A stretch of DNA of 60,740 bases, counting the filler, from Catajapyx aquilonaris (Eukaryota): the NCBI GenBank assembly GCA_000934665.2. It is 2 parts of 2 records of this genome, joined end to end, with 100 filler letters (N's around TTAATTAATTAA, not from the genome) between each part and the next. Parts side by side here need not be neighbours in the genome. Positions count along the whole stretch, not along the records: positions 1 to 30,305 come from JYFJ02004668.1; 1 more part is not named here. The stretch is one strand, 5' to 3'. Positions 12,244 through 27,200 of the stretch are shown one piece after another. The position numbers were made by a program, and so were the translations under genes. The first letter of the stretch is position 1, and the number at the start of each line of letters is the position of its first letter. The notes below the pieces were generated by a model. It saw only the letters and a program-made list of their open reading frames with translations, made no database searches and was not told the origin of the DNA.

Positions 12244-15200
12244 TTATGCAGATCGGAATGAAGGAATGGCTGAGTCGAAGTTTGGTGCATTGAAGATCAC
12301 CCACAGGGTGGTGAAAATTACGGTTGACATTGGCGTGGTTCCTGAAACAAAACAAAATATGAATCATAACCATAATTGTCTCGTTTTGAATGCATAATAA
12401 TACTCACTTGCAGCCCGGAACTGCTTCATCTCCAGCAGAACCATCTTGTTGATCACGGCCAGATAACGTGTCACCATAATTTTATGCATTGTCATGCAAT
12501 ATGGAGTTACGCCACCATGTTTGCGCTCGCATACACGAATCAAAGGTGCTGCCGTGCTAGGGTAAGCAGCAATGATTGGGCAGCAGTAAAAGCTAGTCAA
12601 GACCATTCTTAGGCGTTTCCCAACTTCGATATCTGAAATAACTTCATCCTTCCTCTGCGTCATGGCCTTAATAATCATCTCCCTGGATATCATCAGGTCT
12701 GCCATTTGTTGTTGGTAATCTTCTTTCTTCCGTTGTTCACGTTTCAGTAGTGGCTGTGAAATATTAAATAATACTGTATACTGTGTCAAAAAAATTTCTT
12801 GGACAGATGGAGTTCAAACGAGGTGAAGGTATATTATCTTCCTAACCTTCACTTTGCTAGAATGCTGATGGCAGGATCTGGATGGAGTGTCAGGATATGA
12901 TTGTCAGAAACTGTTCCTAATTCAATCAGCCCCTGGTTAATCATGGTTTCGTAATCTGCAGTTACTGTTATTCAAGGTTTGAAAATATTAAAAATATCGC
13001 ATTTTAAACATCCAAAGTGTAAGTTCTCTACATATATTACAGTGCAGTCAAGTATTGTTTTAACTATCTTATTTTACTGTTAATATTGTCTTTGTGGATG
13101 TCTTACTGTGTATCATTTGTAAATTAAATATTATGATAGGCATGCATGTATGTTAAAAAAAATATTATATAGCGTTCTGCTTCTCCAGAGGTTTCACTTA
13201 TCCACAGAGGGACTTAGTGTTAGATCCAATTACCATGGATAACTAGGGGTTCAATGTACAGGGTGTGAATGAAATAAGTGCGCATATTTCGAGGAACAAT
13301 AGAGTGACTAGAAAATTACATTTTTTTGGCCAATTCACTTGGTGCTGCAGACAAGTCATTATCTCAGAAAACAAGCGTTTGTGACTCGTCACACACATGA
13401 CTAACTCTTTGTAACCATAGTAACAACCATGGAAACCATACTAATACACCACTTGTTCTTTCAGAAATTGAGGGTTTTGTGTTGCTCTTGGGAGGTAGGT
13501 ATGGGAACTTCTTTTGTAATACCATGGTTACCATGGTGGTTACTATGGCTACTAAGATTTAGATGTGTGTGTATGACACATCACAGACCCTCATTTTCTG
13601 ATGGAATGATGCGTCTGCAGTGGCACAAAGTGTATTGGTGAAAATGTTATTTTCTAGTCACTCTTATGATTCCTCACAATATGCACACTTATTTCATTTA
13701 CACCCTGTGTGGAACACATATTATGCATGAGTAACTATATTCCTTATAATACTGAAGAAGTAATTCCTGAATGAAAATTGCACCATCGGACCATCACATG
13801 CCAGCCATCTACCACCCCACAACAGTGCATCGGATTAGCATTATCACATTCTGTTCTAATGGCACATGCAGGGTGTTCCAGATATGCTGGTCGCTTTAGT
13901 TATAGGCGCGCAAAGCTTGTTGCGCCCCAGTCCAGGTACCCAAATTCTCTCAGGTTGTTGAATGTAGCAGTTGCTATATTATAGGGCACCTGTGTCAGGA
14001 CACAATCTGCAAGACCTTCAAGTGAAATTTCCTATTACTAAAGCGACCCACTTGGAACACCCTGCATATAGATCCAGTGTATGCAGAAAAATGAGACTAA
14101 CATGAGCCAAATTATAGCCTTTTGAACCAAAAAATTAGGGTCTTATTTTTTCATCTAAAGGAAAATTTCTCTTGGATTACAAGACAATTAGCCAATGAGG
14201 ACAAAAATGTATAGATTCAATATTTTCCATGTTTTTCTTGTAAAATAATTTCCTTCTTTGATGACTTACAGCAGTGGTTCCCAAACTTTTTTTGTCGCGT
14301 ACCCCTTTTCAAATATGTCAAGACAGTTGTACCCCCACTCCGGCCTGTTACCTGAAAATGGTGACTGGGCAAATATCAGTTAATGTGATGGGTGTGATTT
14401 CTTTCATTCACACTTATGGTTAATATTGGGAACAAAAATAGTAGTGGCGTCAATTTAAGCCTGAGGTCTTTCTCAACACAAAGTCAAGGACGGCACGTTG
14501 TTTTCATGGACGTTAATGAAAACAGCTTCACATAAATAGGTAGTTAGTAAATGTATAGTGTTTCTGCAAAACGCTGTAAGTACCATGTTGGATGAATAGA
14601 CCAGGGCTATTAAACTGGCAGACCGCAGTCCGGATCCGGACCACAACGCAATTTTGTCCAGACCGCGACGATATACAGGACAATTTGAAATAGCATTAGA
14701 AATTACTAATTCATGATTTTTTGGAAGAAGTGCTACCAATTTTATCAAATACACACCCATTCAAATCTCCTACATTCACCTAAGCTCGTGTGACCTTGAA
14801 CTCCCCAAAAAATTCCGCCTGCAGTGGGCTTGCTTCCCGCCATTTCCGTCTTGTTCACCTTGTGCTTATGTCATGGGCCCCCCTCCGAAATTTTTTCTGC
14901 CTATGCGACTGTACAGGACACCATAAAGGGCGAAAATGTCTTAATATGTCCTGTCTTGATAGGCCCTTCTACCCTTGCTGCACATGTTTCTATTTTCAAA
15001 AGTGAACCCTGTGGTACCACATAAAATGCATATCTTTACCCAGGGGGGGTGTCCAGATCTTCAATGGCCCATGAAAGGTAAATATTGGGCCTTGTCATAA
15101 ACTAGTTGAATAACCCTGAAATAGACCTTCAGCGTGCATTTCGTTGTATATACCTTGTTCGTGTTACTGGCGAAGTTATGGCGAGCAGGCGAGCCTACAA

Positions 15201-18200
15201 ATCAGTGGCAGCCAATAGTGAGACACAGAGTGAGTCTTATTCATCCACGGCTGTGGATCTAAAAAAGTCTCTCCTGAAAAATTTGTGAATCGGTATTTAC
15301 AACGTTTTGCGGAAACACTGCACAAAATGGTATCAAGTACTTCAGAGTACTGCACTAGTTGCCAGGCCCGGATAGTCTTCCATTTTTTTAAAAATTTTTT
15401 TTTAAAATTTTTTAATTTACCCCGTGCCAGGCATCAATGGCCTATTTGGGGGGTGGCACACCACCATCAGTTTTCTCTGTAATTTTTTCTTCAGTCACCG
15501 GTGCAAGGAGTCAAGGATGTAGGGTAGGGGTAGGGATTTTTGGGGAGGGAACATGGGGTGCAAGTGCAATGTCTACAACATGGGTCATGTGCTGTCCCCC
15601 AGGAGGTTAGGTTGCCAGACACCTCCTTGGTGCAGGTCAGAGACCCTCCCGACGCAGGTGAAAGGAAAGTTCCCCAGGCGGGGATCGAACCTGGGGCCTT
15701 TCACTCAGCAAGCCGTGACGTTACCATCACGGCCACCACACCTCCCCATAGTCTTCCATTTATTCAGCCCAACAATTCAAAAGGGTATTTTCAAATTTAA
15801 ACTTCCATTCGTAGAAATTATGACCCTTCCTGATTCTGCACTGATAATTATGTTCGGGAGAGGTAAATAAATCTGAAACTCCTGATGCAATTGATTGGCA
15901 TGTCCATTTCACAAAAAATCATTTCTAATAACTATTGTGCCAATTAATTCATGTACTGATGTCCACTGGGCCTCCACTGTCGCTTTGAAATTCTTGGAGT
16001 GTTGGAAAACAAGAAAAGTTGCTACCTTGTATACAACATTTTCCCCAAAACTGGAATTTTTAAATAAATCCTTCGATTTTACTTTGCACATAAAATACTG
16101 TATATTGTCGGGGATGTCTTGAAGTCCCCAATTTCATTCGTTGAGACTCGAAAATTCTTAGGCCAGGGAGATCAGCTTCTGCAACCAGAGTGTATTGTAA
16201 AATCCTTCACGTTTCAAAGCGCAATAATAGAACCAGTTGTTCGAGTTAACACTGCCATGTTTCTTCTTGAGTTTCAACGCGTATGCTGAATGAAAATGGC
16301 AGCAGTCAGAAAATGCTTCTGCATTTTTATTTTTATTTTTATTTATTTTACCCCGTGATGTCCCTTACGGGAGCTATAGGGGGGTGGCATACCACCATGA
16401 GTTTTCTGTATATATTTTCACTTCATTCTCCGGTGCTAGGAAACTGGGACAATGGGAAAGGATAGGGATTTTTGGGGAGGGAACATGGGTGCAAGGTGCA
16501 ATGTCATAGCTACGGGTCATGTGCTGTTCCCCAGGAGGTTAGGTTACCAGACACCTCCTTGGTGCAGGTCAGAGACCCTCCTGACGCAGGTGAAAGGAAA
16601 GTTCCCCAGGCGGGGATCGAACCTGGGGCCTTTCACTCAGCAAGCCGAGACGTTACCATCTCGGCCACCACACCTCCCCGCTTCTGCATATAATAAATCT
16701 TCACTAAAATATTAATAGCAAAAAGAAAGATGGGAATGAGTAGGACTATTTTTTTGTGTTTTTCTCAATTAAGTTGGTTCATTCTTGTTGAAAGAATAAT
16801 ATATATGGTTCTCACTAATGTAGAGACTGGGCACCATTGCACAATATCTTTCGCGTGCCCCCAAAATTGTGTTCGCATACCCCAGTTTGAAAATCACTGC
16901 CTTAGAGGAAATCTGTCCTAGGTTTTCAATACCCCACTAAACGAGGTGAGAGCCTTGCTCAGGGATCCCTGCGTGATTCTTAGGAACAAATTCTTTCCAG
17001 CAGGCAGTTACTGTAGTTATAGTAGTTAAATTAACTATTTTCTGCTGATGAAAAATTCAATTCAATTTGAAACATACAGGACTGCACATTATTGTACAAG
17101 TCATGTATCAACATGAAGATATGAATTTATAATTTTTTTCCTACACCTTGGATTCATGACTTCACGTCATGGAAATGACAAAAGTCTAGGCTTGGAGGCA
17201 TGGTATCATGTCAACAGATCTAGCCTTTTCTTGGCATTTAATTAAAATACACTCTACTTCCATTTATCCATGTGCTGATTATCTCTGTTTCAGAAAAGAA
17301 GGTTAGAAATAAACATCCGAAAAAATGCAAATATGTCTCACAAAAATGTAACAGACTTTTCCAGCTAAGACAAATTAAAAACCTATGTTAAGTTTCATTA
17401 TTTTGATTCAACCTTATTTAAATCAGCATAAAATATGTGCACTAGTTCATTTAAAAACCTGAATTGCTCATTTTACAGTATCTGTCCATTTTCAGATTAT
17501 TCGTGCTGCAATGGATTTTGATTGTGGGAGCCCCAAGAAACCCACACGAACACGGAGAGAACCATTTGCTAGGCAGTTATTGCCCTCTGTCACTATTTCA
17601 TTTGCCCATGTGTAAAGTGAAGCTATGCTTCTCATAAATGTTCTTTTTATCCAATCCCCGTCCCTTGCTCTCCAAGCATTTCAATCTATACAGTTGACTC
17701 AAGATATGAGAGACTTCAAGGGGACATGGGAATAAGTTTCATATAATGGCAGTTTACTATATATCCAAACACATAGGGCCTTATGGAAGTATGATGGAAC
17801 CAGCCTTTCAAGTTGGTTATAACCTGAAATCTGTTATAGCCAAGGCTGTTATATCCAGAGTCAACTGTATTATAAAAGTGAATCAGATAATGATAATTCA
17901 ACTCTCATCCACTGAAGGAAGCTATCTCATGGGACACCAGTAAGCTAAAACTTAAGGCAACATGAGAAAATATCCAGTTGTGAGATGCATAATTGAGAAT
18001 CTTTCCAGTTATGTTACTACAACTGGCCCTAAAGCCAGGCCCACACTTGGTTATTTTCTGGCATGGTAAAAATCCCCCAAGGGCTGTCCCGTTATTCTTG
18101 TATTCCTACCACTCCCATTTTTCCTGATGTGCGCTCCACATTACATAGGAGATAACTCGGTTGGAGAGGGGTGACTTCCAACATCTGGTCAATGGTCATT

Positions 18201-21159
18201 CAACCTGCCCGCAGGTCATAATTTCGGTGGTTTCACCCTGACAAAGTGTGACAAATGTACGAGTATTGAGCACGAGGCGAGGGAGGCACCAATGGGGAGA
18301 GGGCTTCTCTTACCGACTCTCACCAAGAAATAGGAATAGGTCTACATTTTCAAGTCCGTCTGTGACATCATGAATTGAATCGGAGAAGAGCTCCACATTG
18401 CCTTAGTTTCTCGCAGCCTCTCATGAAGGTATTTTTCCATGCCATAAACTAAGCTGTGGAAGTGGCTTAAGATTGTATCATAATGGAACAGTTTCATACA
18501 GGAACAATAGTGTAGTCAATGGATATTAGAGAATGTTTTGTTCGAATTCAACTGTTACTAGACTTTAAATATCTTGACTGCATGGTGTGTGCCCCCCAAA
18601 ACTAGCCTAAGGCTTGAGCAAGGGGTAGAAAATAAAATTTAAAAAATAAATACCATATTACCTCTCATAAAGCGGCATGCCGGTATAAAACGAGGTTGAT
18701 GAGGGGGTGGCTGGCATGCCGCAATAACCGAGGTAGATTTCCGTAATTTTGATCCTTGCCAAATTTTTTGGAATGCTGCTGGTACCGTCCTAAAATAATG
18801 TTACAATGAAAATGGGCAAGTGTACAGGCTGTGAGAATATGCAAGTTCTGTTACACAGTGCATAAAAATAATGTAGAGTGTGTGACCAATCCCATCATCA
18901 GCCTGCTTTGACAGGGGAACCCCCTGCTCCAGCATGCTGTTTAAATAGAGATTATTGCCAGACACTGCAATTGAATATAATATATGGTACGAGTACTCCT
19001 CGGGGTACCCTATTCGAAAAATGTGCCTTTTCGATAGCCTTGACATGAGTTTCAATTTTCAGGCAAATGTCAAGTTCGGAGAGGATATGTGAAACCTCGC
19101 CTTATACCGGCATGCCGGTATAGCCGCCAGATCATGCCTTTCTAAAAACCTGTTGACCTCGACTACACTGGCATTCCGCTTTATGAGAGGTAATACAGTA
19201 AATGGATATTAGGGAATGTACTTCTGGAACCTTCCACTTTTGGCCAGAAGGTCTGCCTCTATCTCATCCTCTCCCACTTCGAATCAATAAAATACTCTTG
19301 ACCCAGGGCTGACAACGTTTACTCCTTTTGTTGTTTGAGGACATTACTGTCAACAGCATCCTCCTGCCCCTTCCTTTACACCTAGTCCCCTGCTTCTTCC
19401 AGCCTAGCCTTGTGGGGATGGTAGATTAATTACAAAGTCTCCGCCAGACTGGGAATTTGGTGCTGGTGCGGCCCCACAGGAATCCATTGGGGNGGGGGCG
19501 TTCAGGCAGATGCCTTCTGAACCAACCCAAACCGTCCTTTCCTCTGAGGGCATTTGCAAACTAGGATTCGGGGTGCTGGCAGCAATAGATGCCTGTAGAG
19601 ATGCGCCAGCACCAAAATTCCGGGCTGGTGGAAACTGTAATTAAAATACCGTATCATAGGAGTAACAGGGGATTGCTTACACCTCCCAAGTGGTAGTCAC
19701 AGAAGCCATGTGAAGTGAACAATACCCTGTCAAGAACATATCACTGCCAATGGAAAATTACTCGGGTTCTCATGCTTCTCAAAAGTAAATTGATGCTCAG
19801 GTATGATGTACTTCCATATGCTATGTGTTTTGCGAAGTAATATTTCAAATATGTCACTTACGCCGGCGTTCATCTCCCATGACTCCATGAGCACTATAAT
19901 ATCATCTCGCTCAAATCGAAGAATGATTTTTCAGTAATTATTCTGGAAAAATGAATTCCATGATAACATAGCTTATTCTTCAACATGGCAGGTTCATGTA
20001 AAAATATTCATGACCTGTGCACCAAAAAAACAGTGTTGCTTACTCGCAAGTGTGCACTGTATATCTTGGGCCTGCAGGAGAAATCCACTAATTCCATAAA
20101 GCCAGCTTTGAGAAAATCCAAAGCAAAAATTTGACCTTGCACTTGTTGACATGCTGGTGAAGATAGAAAATCCTGGCTTCCTGGCACCTTATAAATCTTT
20201 AGGATTAAACAGACTTTACCAGGTGATAGAGTAGGGAAAAAATGCTAATTAGTGGTGTAAATAACTAAAAACCACCAAAATATTACTTACTGGATTTCTT
20301 CTGTATGCAATGATAGATTCAAATTGATGCATATGAACAGACATAATGCACATGATGGATGCCACGTGAGGAAAAGCCTATTACATAAGCTAATGGTCTG
20401 TGCTCACAGCCATTTGATTTTTTTTTTGTCCATGTATTAAACTTGTGATAGTTGTGAAGCTTCATTTGACATAATTAAATGAGCTTCTAAAATTCACTTG
20501 TACATTAACCCTTAACTACGTAGGTGGAGCCTGAGAGGCTCCAAGCACTATTTAAAGGCATGTAACTTTTTCATCGAATTTTATTTTCCCCTGTCCTTCC
20601 GTGACTTTGTCAGACAAACCTTCCTAAGCATGAAAGGGAAAGAAATTTTTTTTTAGTCCCTATTGTTTGGTTTAAAAAAATTCGTAACGAGGAACAGGTC
20701 CCTCCTGGACTCTATACTGGCTCTACCTATGCAGGTGAAGACTGAGCGGCTCAAGCATGATGTAACCTTTTAATTAAGAATTTTTCCCTGTCGGAATATG
20801 CTGACTCAGCGTGTGATTTTTACGTTATCGGAAGCCTAATGATCTGAACTGCACTTTCTGTATGTGAAAAGTCCAATATAACAATTTAGTTGATAAGCAG
20901 AAATTTAAATATACCGTTGGAGCCTCTCAGGCTCCACCTACGTAGTTAAAGGTGTTTCACCCACCTACGTAGTTAAGGGTTAAGTGACTGTGTTGTGAGC
21001 ATAATGTTAGGACCAGAAAGAACATTATTTTCTTAAGGAGAGCCGGGTCCTTTCTAACTATGGATAAAGAAGTTATCCGGTATGGAGTGACGTTTGTGAT
21101 TATTCTGTATATTTTTGTAAGGGAAGGCTTCCTAAGGGCACGAGCCCATGGAATAAATA

Positions 21160-21226
<67 letters not shown>

Positions 21227-24200
21227 TTATTTTCTCCTAGAAGATGGTGGGAAGGTGGAATGGCGATCTGTTACCAAATCTCCCTTATTGTTAACCAATC
21301 CCTGCATTTTTTCCACATTTCTTCCTCCTTACACTTTTGTAAGGTAGGCAGCTCTGGACATGGGCGAGGACAGAGGAGCTGTTGAAGGAGATGGCGAGCG
21401 GGAGGATGGGCCTAACTTTGCGGTCCATCTCCCGCGCACACCGAGTGGGGCCGAAGAGGGAGGGGGTGGACCGCAAGGTGGTGGTCAAGTTTGATGCTGG
21501 GAAGGAGAGGGAGGCCATGCTGCGGGACAAGGTGAAGCTGAAGGGGAGTAACATTTATGTTGATGAGGACTTCTCACTGGCGACCCGGGAGGTGCGCAGG
21601 CAGCTCTTCCGGGTGGCACGGGACTGGAGAGCGTCTGGAACCCCCAGCACTGTCAGGGTGGACAAGCTGGTGGCCGGGGGGAAGTGGTATGTGTGGGACG
21701 AGGAGAAGCAGGAGGCAGTGCTGGAGCGGAGGAAGGGGGGCCAAGGAGAGAGGAGGGAACGGGCAGCAGGAGGATGGAGAGTGGCTGGAGGGAACAGAGG
21801 GGTTGCACACTGAGGGGAAGAGGGGAGGGGGGNGGGGGGCTGGTGCCTGACCAAACCCAACCGTCAGTGGGAGGAGATGAAGGGGAAGAAGACGATGAAG
21901 GAGAAGGAGGAGGAGAAGAAGCAGCAGCAGCAGAAGGAGCAGATGAGGAAGGCAAGGGAGTGAGGGTGTTGTCGTGGAACTGTGCTGGGATTTATGGTAG
22001 GCAGCTCTGCAGTAATAACATGCAATAATAATAGCCTCTGTTTAGTCCACTTGTACCAATGAGACAAGTCATTCTGCATTTCTACAATGCACAGTAAATG
22101 TGAGAGGATAATAGTGAGGCAGATTTGATGGACATGTTTTGAAAACTCAAACTTTAATACATACTCGATCAGGGCTGGGTGTTTATGAGTGTGTGAGCTT
22201 GCAGTGTCGTGTGGGAGAAGTTTCAAACTTCTGCCAAGTCTGGGCAGGACTCATGTCTTGCACATACTTGTAAAAAGGGTTCTGAATCACATCCGACCTG
22301 TTAGTGTCTACATTGAGGGGATATTAAGCCTCTTTCACACGAGGCCACCATGGCAGCACGGCCAAGGCACCACCGCCAGGTCTTTGCATTGCTGCAAGTG
22401 TAGCCTTCACACATGGTGGTGACCTCGTCCTTGATAGCACTGCCAGAATGCCGCCAGAAATACCGGTGGCAGGCAGCATGATTTTCGGCGCTGCCAACTG
22501 GCCGTGCCGCCACGTGTTTGCATTGAATCATATGAATCCTTTCACGCGAGACACGACTTTTCTTGCTGCCAGATGCACATTTTGAGACTAGAGCTCAGCT
22601 GGCAGCACGTCTGTGGTGGCGAAAAAATCTGCAACAAGCCACCAGAGAAGCGGCGCCTCATTTCTGTGGCAGAGCTGCCATGGTGGCCTCGTGTATCAGG
22701 TGTGTCAGAGGCCTTAAGGTATCAGAGTGGGCTTTGCGGGGCTGAGTAGAGTGAGAGCTCATAATGGAGTTATTCATATGCATTTCTGTCATAGAGGGAG
22801 AAATAGTTGAGCCCATGTGAAGTAGTGCAATTTTTCCAGGGCTCCTAGCTATATATTGTGAAATAATGCAAAGTTTGGGTGAAAAAGAAGTAGCCTACAG
22901 GATGCAAACCTGTACCATTTTCATCATTTGTAAATACTGTACAGAAAGAAATGCAGAAAACACAAATTCTCAAATCTTAACTCTGTGGAAACTGGGAGAA
23001 TCAGACTAACTCGCTTCCATGTTACAGTACACAGGGTGATCCATAATACCTGTCAGATTGCTATGGCTATTTTTGACACTACTTGTAAGCTGCTTATTCT
23101 GACAATGATCCATCCATTATAATTATCTTCTGTGTGTAGGCTACCTGATCAGAGAGCATTCATTGTACTCGTCATTTGAGAGGGCCAGGTGTTTTACCTG
23201 GCCATCAGTGGTTATCCCATCAACGGATTATTGCCATGAAGGAATGAATTAATGAATTAATTAATTAATTAACTTCTGTATGGTTACTTTCAATGGTTAG
23301 CAAAAATATTATCTTCTATTACTGTATTAGGTTACATGTACCCATCATTTTTAAAGTCTCCAAGTGGGTCTGGCCTGCACAAAGTGGGTTTTCCCCTAGA
23401 CGTAGGATGCCAATTGGCCATTCTTAATAGAAAATAATTTGCAGTTCAGAGTTGGAATAGATGATTCAGTGTGGCATAATGTTAGCAGATAGTACTCTTG
23501 ATAGCCATTAAGAGTAACTATGCAGAAGTAATTGCTTCAAAATAAGCAGCTTAGTGCCAAAAAATTGCACTGCAAACGGACCAGTATGTATTGGATCCCC
23601 CTGCGTATTGCAATTTTATTTATTTTATATTTTATTGATTTTACCCCGTGCCAGGCGTCAAGGGCCTATTTGGGGGGTGGCATACCACCATCAGTTTTCA
23701 AGTATATTATTTTTCTTCATTCACCGGTGCAAGGAGTACTGGGAAATGGGGTAAGGGTTGGGGATTTGGGGAGGGGACACATGTGCAGGTGCATTGTCCA
23801 GCGGTGGGCCAGGTGCAGTCCCCCAGGAGGTCAGGTTGCCAAGACGCCTCCTTAGGCGCGGGTCACGACCCAATGACGCAAGCGAAAGGTTTGCTCCCGG
23901 GTGGGGATTTGAACCCGGGACCTTTCGCATAGCAAGCCGAGACGTTACCATCTCGGCCACCGTGCCTCCCCCTGCGTATTGCAATTGTTCTTCTGTATCC
24001 AAACAATTGTAGTTGCACTTCAAGGAAGTGGTGGAACAACTGTATGTACAATATCAAATTGACAAAAAGCTATGTCCAGCATGATGGCTCCATACATACG
24101 CTTACAAGGTATGTGGCCACATAGGCCACTGGACCTCACTACTCCTGATATGTGCATTGCTTTGGGGATACCTAAAGGAACAAGTGTCCTGAAATCCCCC

Positions 24201-27200
24201 AAGGGCCCTTGAGAGATACTTTTAAGAATTTACACAACTCCAGTAATGAAATCAGCAACATTCATAGCCAGGGCCGGCCCTAGGAGGGTGTGGGGCCTAG
24301 GGCAAGAACAAAATTCGGGGCCTATTCTCAATAAGTGAATTTTTCTACAACACGAGTTATGTAACCAATAATTTTGTTTACCAATTTATTAACGTACAGC
24401 CTAATTAATTACGGATAATATACTATAGTGTAACAGGTACAGTTGTCATTGGATGCAGATGGACGACACTAACATTTAAACATTAAAGGAGGTTAGTCTT
24501 GTTCTCCCACAGCTCCCCTCATAGTTTAGATGCAAATGTATAAGTTTTCTGCATTTCATTCCAAATATATGTGATGAAAATGGTAAAGGTTATTATTTAA
24601 TCACTGTAGCATTTGGGCTATCATTAACAGTTTTCAATCTCAACACTTCCTTCAAAATCAAAATATACTGTCTGTTCCAACTGAAAAGCCGTCAGTGGGT
24701 AGTCATTTTTTGGACTTGGCTGCTTATTTTAAGCAGTTACAGTACTATGTAACAGCTCCTTTAGAAGGTTTTTGAAATTTTTACCTGATAATATTATGTT
24801 GATGGGATGCATCCATTTAAACTAATGCAGCAGCAGGGTCTACATTTTGAAAAATTGTTCCAACTACTGACTGAAGGTGATAGTGGGTCAAAAAGGGCAT
24901 TTCTTACAGCAAGCTCACGAATAATTAATCAATTGAGGGCCTGAATGCTTATGTTGCAACGTAATACTGTCAGGTGTTATTTTTGATAACTGCTAGGTAC
25001 AATATGAAAAGTAAGAAGCACTTATTGTTAGTGCTAAAAAATCAATAGCCACTTTGGGCATTTTAATAAGTTACTGGAACAATCTGCAGAGAGTGGAGTG
25101 TAACATTTTTGTTTATTTTTTTCTTTGCTGCATTGTGACTGAGGTCCCATGTTTGATCCCCAGGTTAGACAGAGAATGCTTTCTCATGTGGAAAGAGTTT
25201 CTCAAGGCTCTCTCCATGTTCACATATATTTTCTCCAGGTTCTCCCATTTCCCTCTTTACCCTCTTTACAATCAACACCGCATTGCTGCCAACATATTCT
25301 GTACATCACATTCGTCCCCCCTTTAAAAGAAGAGAGGTGTTCCTTTAACACGGAACACCTCGCCTTATCAAAGACAAGACTAGTCCCTATCGCATCCTCA
25401 TCATCAACTAATCATCTCTTAACATCGTCTCTCAACCTCATCATCATCTATTATTGAACTAGCTGCCTGGAGGCACAGCATCTAACACGACTGTTATACA
25501 GGGTGACTTTAAAGTCAGGATACATAGGTAATTGGATTGCATTGTTGGTTTTCAGTTGTGCCAACTTCAAGTGCCAATTGTGTTAACAAACTACTAGTTG
25601 GCACAACTGGAACCTAACAATACAATCAAATTACCTATGTATCCTGACTTTAGAGTCACCTGGTATTGCATTATACTATAATGTGCATATTACACAGCTA
25701 TGCAATACTTGTGACATTTTCCCCTCCTCTCTCCTGCCTGCTACCCATGCCGTCTTCATCTGCAGGGGAGACAACCACTTTCAATTGAAGGGCTCCATGA
25801 AAGAAGGGGGTAACTAATGAGGAATCCCTATGTAGGGTAAACCATACAGTGATGGCCAGTTTAGTGCATTGGTCTCAGTCAGTAATACATGAATATTCTC
25901 ACCTTTTCTTTTCATGTAGATGTTCTAACATATTTTTCTAATGACTGAGGTCCCCATTCACATTGCATCAAATTCACTCAAATCTATCAGAATGTGTATA
26001 TATATTTAAACAAAATATCCTACCTGAAAGACAGTAATGGCCAGGTGTCAAGATAGTGATGGCCATGGCAGCAAAACAATAGTCTTGCTACCGTGGGGAC
26101 CAAAGTAGGGACCCCAATCGGTATTAGGTAGGTCGGCCTAACTGATGTGAGATAAAGCCACTCAAAAGCCTGTACAGGTTGTTAGGAAATATGACTGATT
26201 ATTTTTTTTTGCAAGTATTCGTCACATACAAGAATAGGCTTTGGCCGTTACACAGAATAAGATGGGCCTATGGATTTGCTATTGCTGCGTATTTCCTCCT
26301 AAATCATTGCTGTCATTTCTCTCCAAGAATAAGTCTCGTGATCATGATACTTAGGCCTACATATGTGGCATTCAATTTTTTAAAGCCTAACACAGTAATG
26401 TCCATGGCATGGCCATCACTATGAAACGTCATTAGATGCTGGACAGTCATGGCCATCCTAATGAATTCATACTCCTGAACAAAGGGAATGGTTTTAATCC
26501 CATGCTTCAATAAAGCATCTCTAGACCAATACTTTCATATACCTCACATTGCTTTCGGGATATTCTGAGACCAGAAACACACTTACAATGCAAGAAAGTC
26601 CTGAAGAAAAAGTTAACATTTACCGGTACCAGCTGCATTCCAACATGACCAGTAGGTCTCCATGTCAGATACCATTACTGCTCTTGCAATGCCAGTGGTG
26701 GACTGATTTTTTTACCTAGTTGATGTCAGGGACCACAGGTGACACACCATGATCATTTCTTTATGTTATGCCATTTACATGGCCTATTTATTAAAGAAAC
26801 AAGGTGCAGTGGGCCATCAAATGGTTTACCCTAGTTCTTTCATGGAGCCCTTCAATTAACAGGGTCGCATGGTGGTGTAGTGGCTATTGCCACAGCCTTC
26901 CACCTCTGAGGTCCCATGTTTGATCCCCAGGTTGGACAGAGAATGTTTTCTCATGTGGAAAGAGTTTCTAAAGGTTCTCTCCATGTTCACATATATTTTC
27001 TCCAGGTTCTCCCATTTCCTCCCACAGTCCAAAAAAAGTCCTTGTTACACAAAGTTCAACTAACACTACTAGTACAACACAAAACTATACATGAACTCTG
27101 TTGCGGCAGCACCTTATCCCATCGAACTGAACAATAACAAGAAGTTGCACGAGGAAAGTGACATATCCCATTCCTCCTCTAAGGTTTTGTCCTTCATTAA

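Larger units (their letters stand above)
14272..16899. mobile_element. Old hAT-type element hosting nested insertions
   Basis: CAGTGGTTCCCAAAC...GTTTGAAAATCACTG termini; degenerate 8-bp TSD acttacag/ccttagag. Confidence 0.65.

Noticed and set aside
15540..16715. Repeated similar ORFs and tRNA-like heads as protein or tRNA genes
   Set aside because: They are SINE copies with TSDs and A-rich tails; no complete cloverleaf is evident
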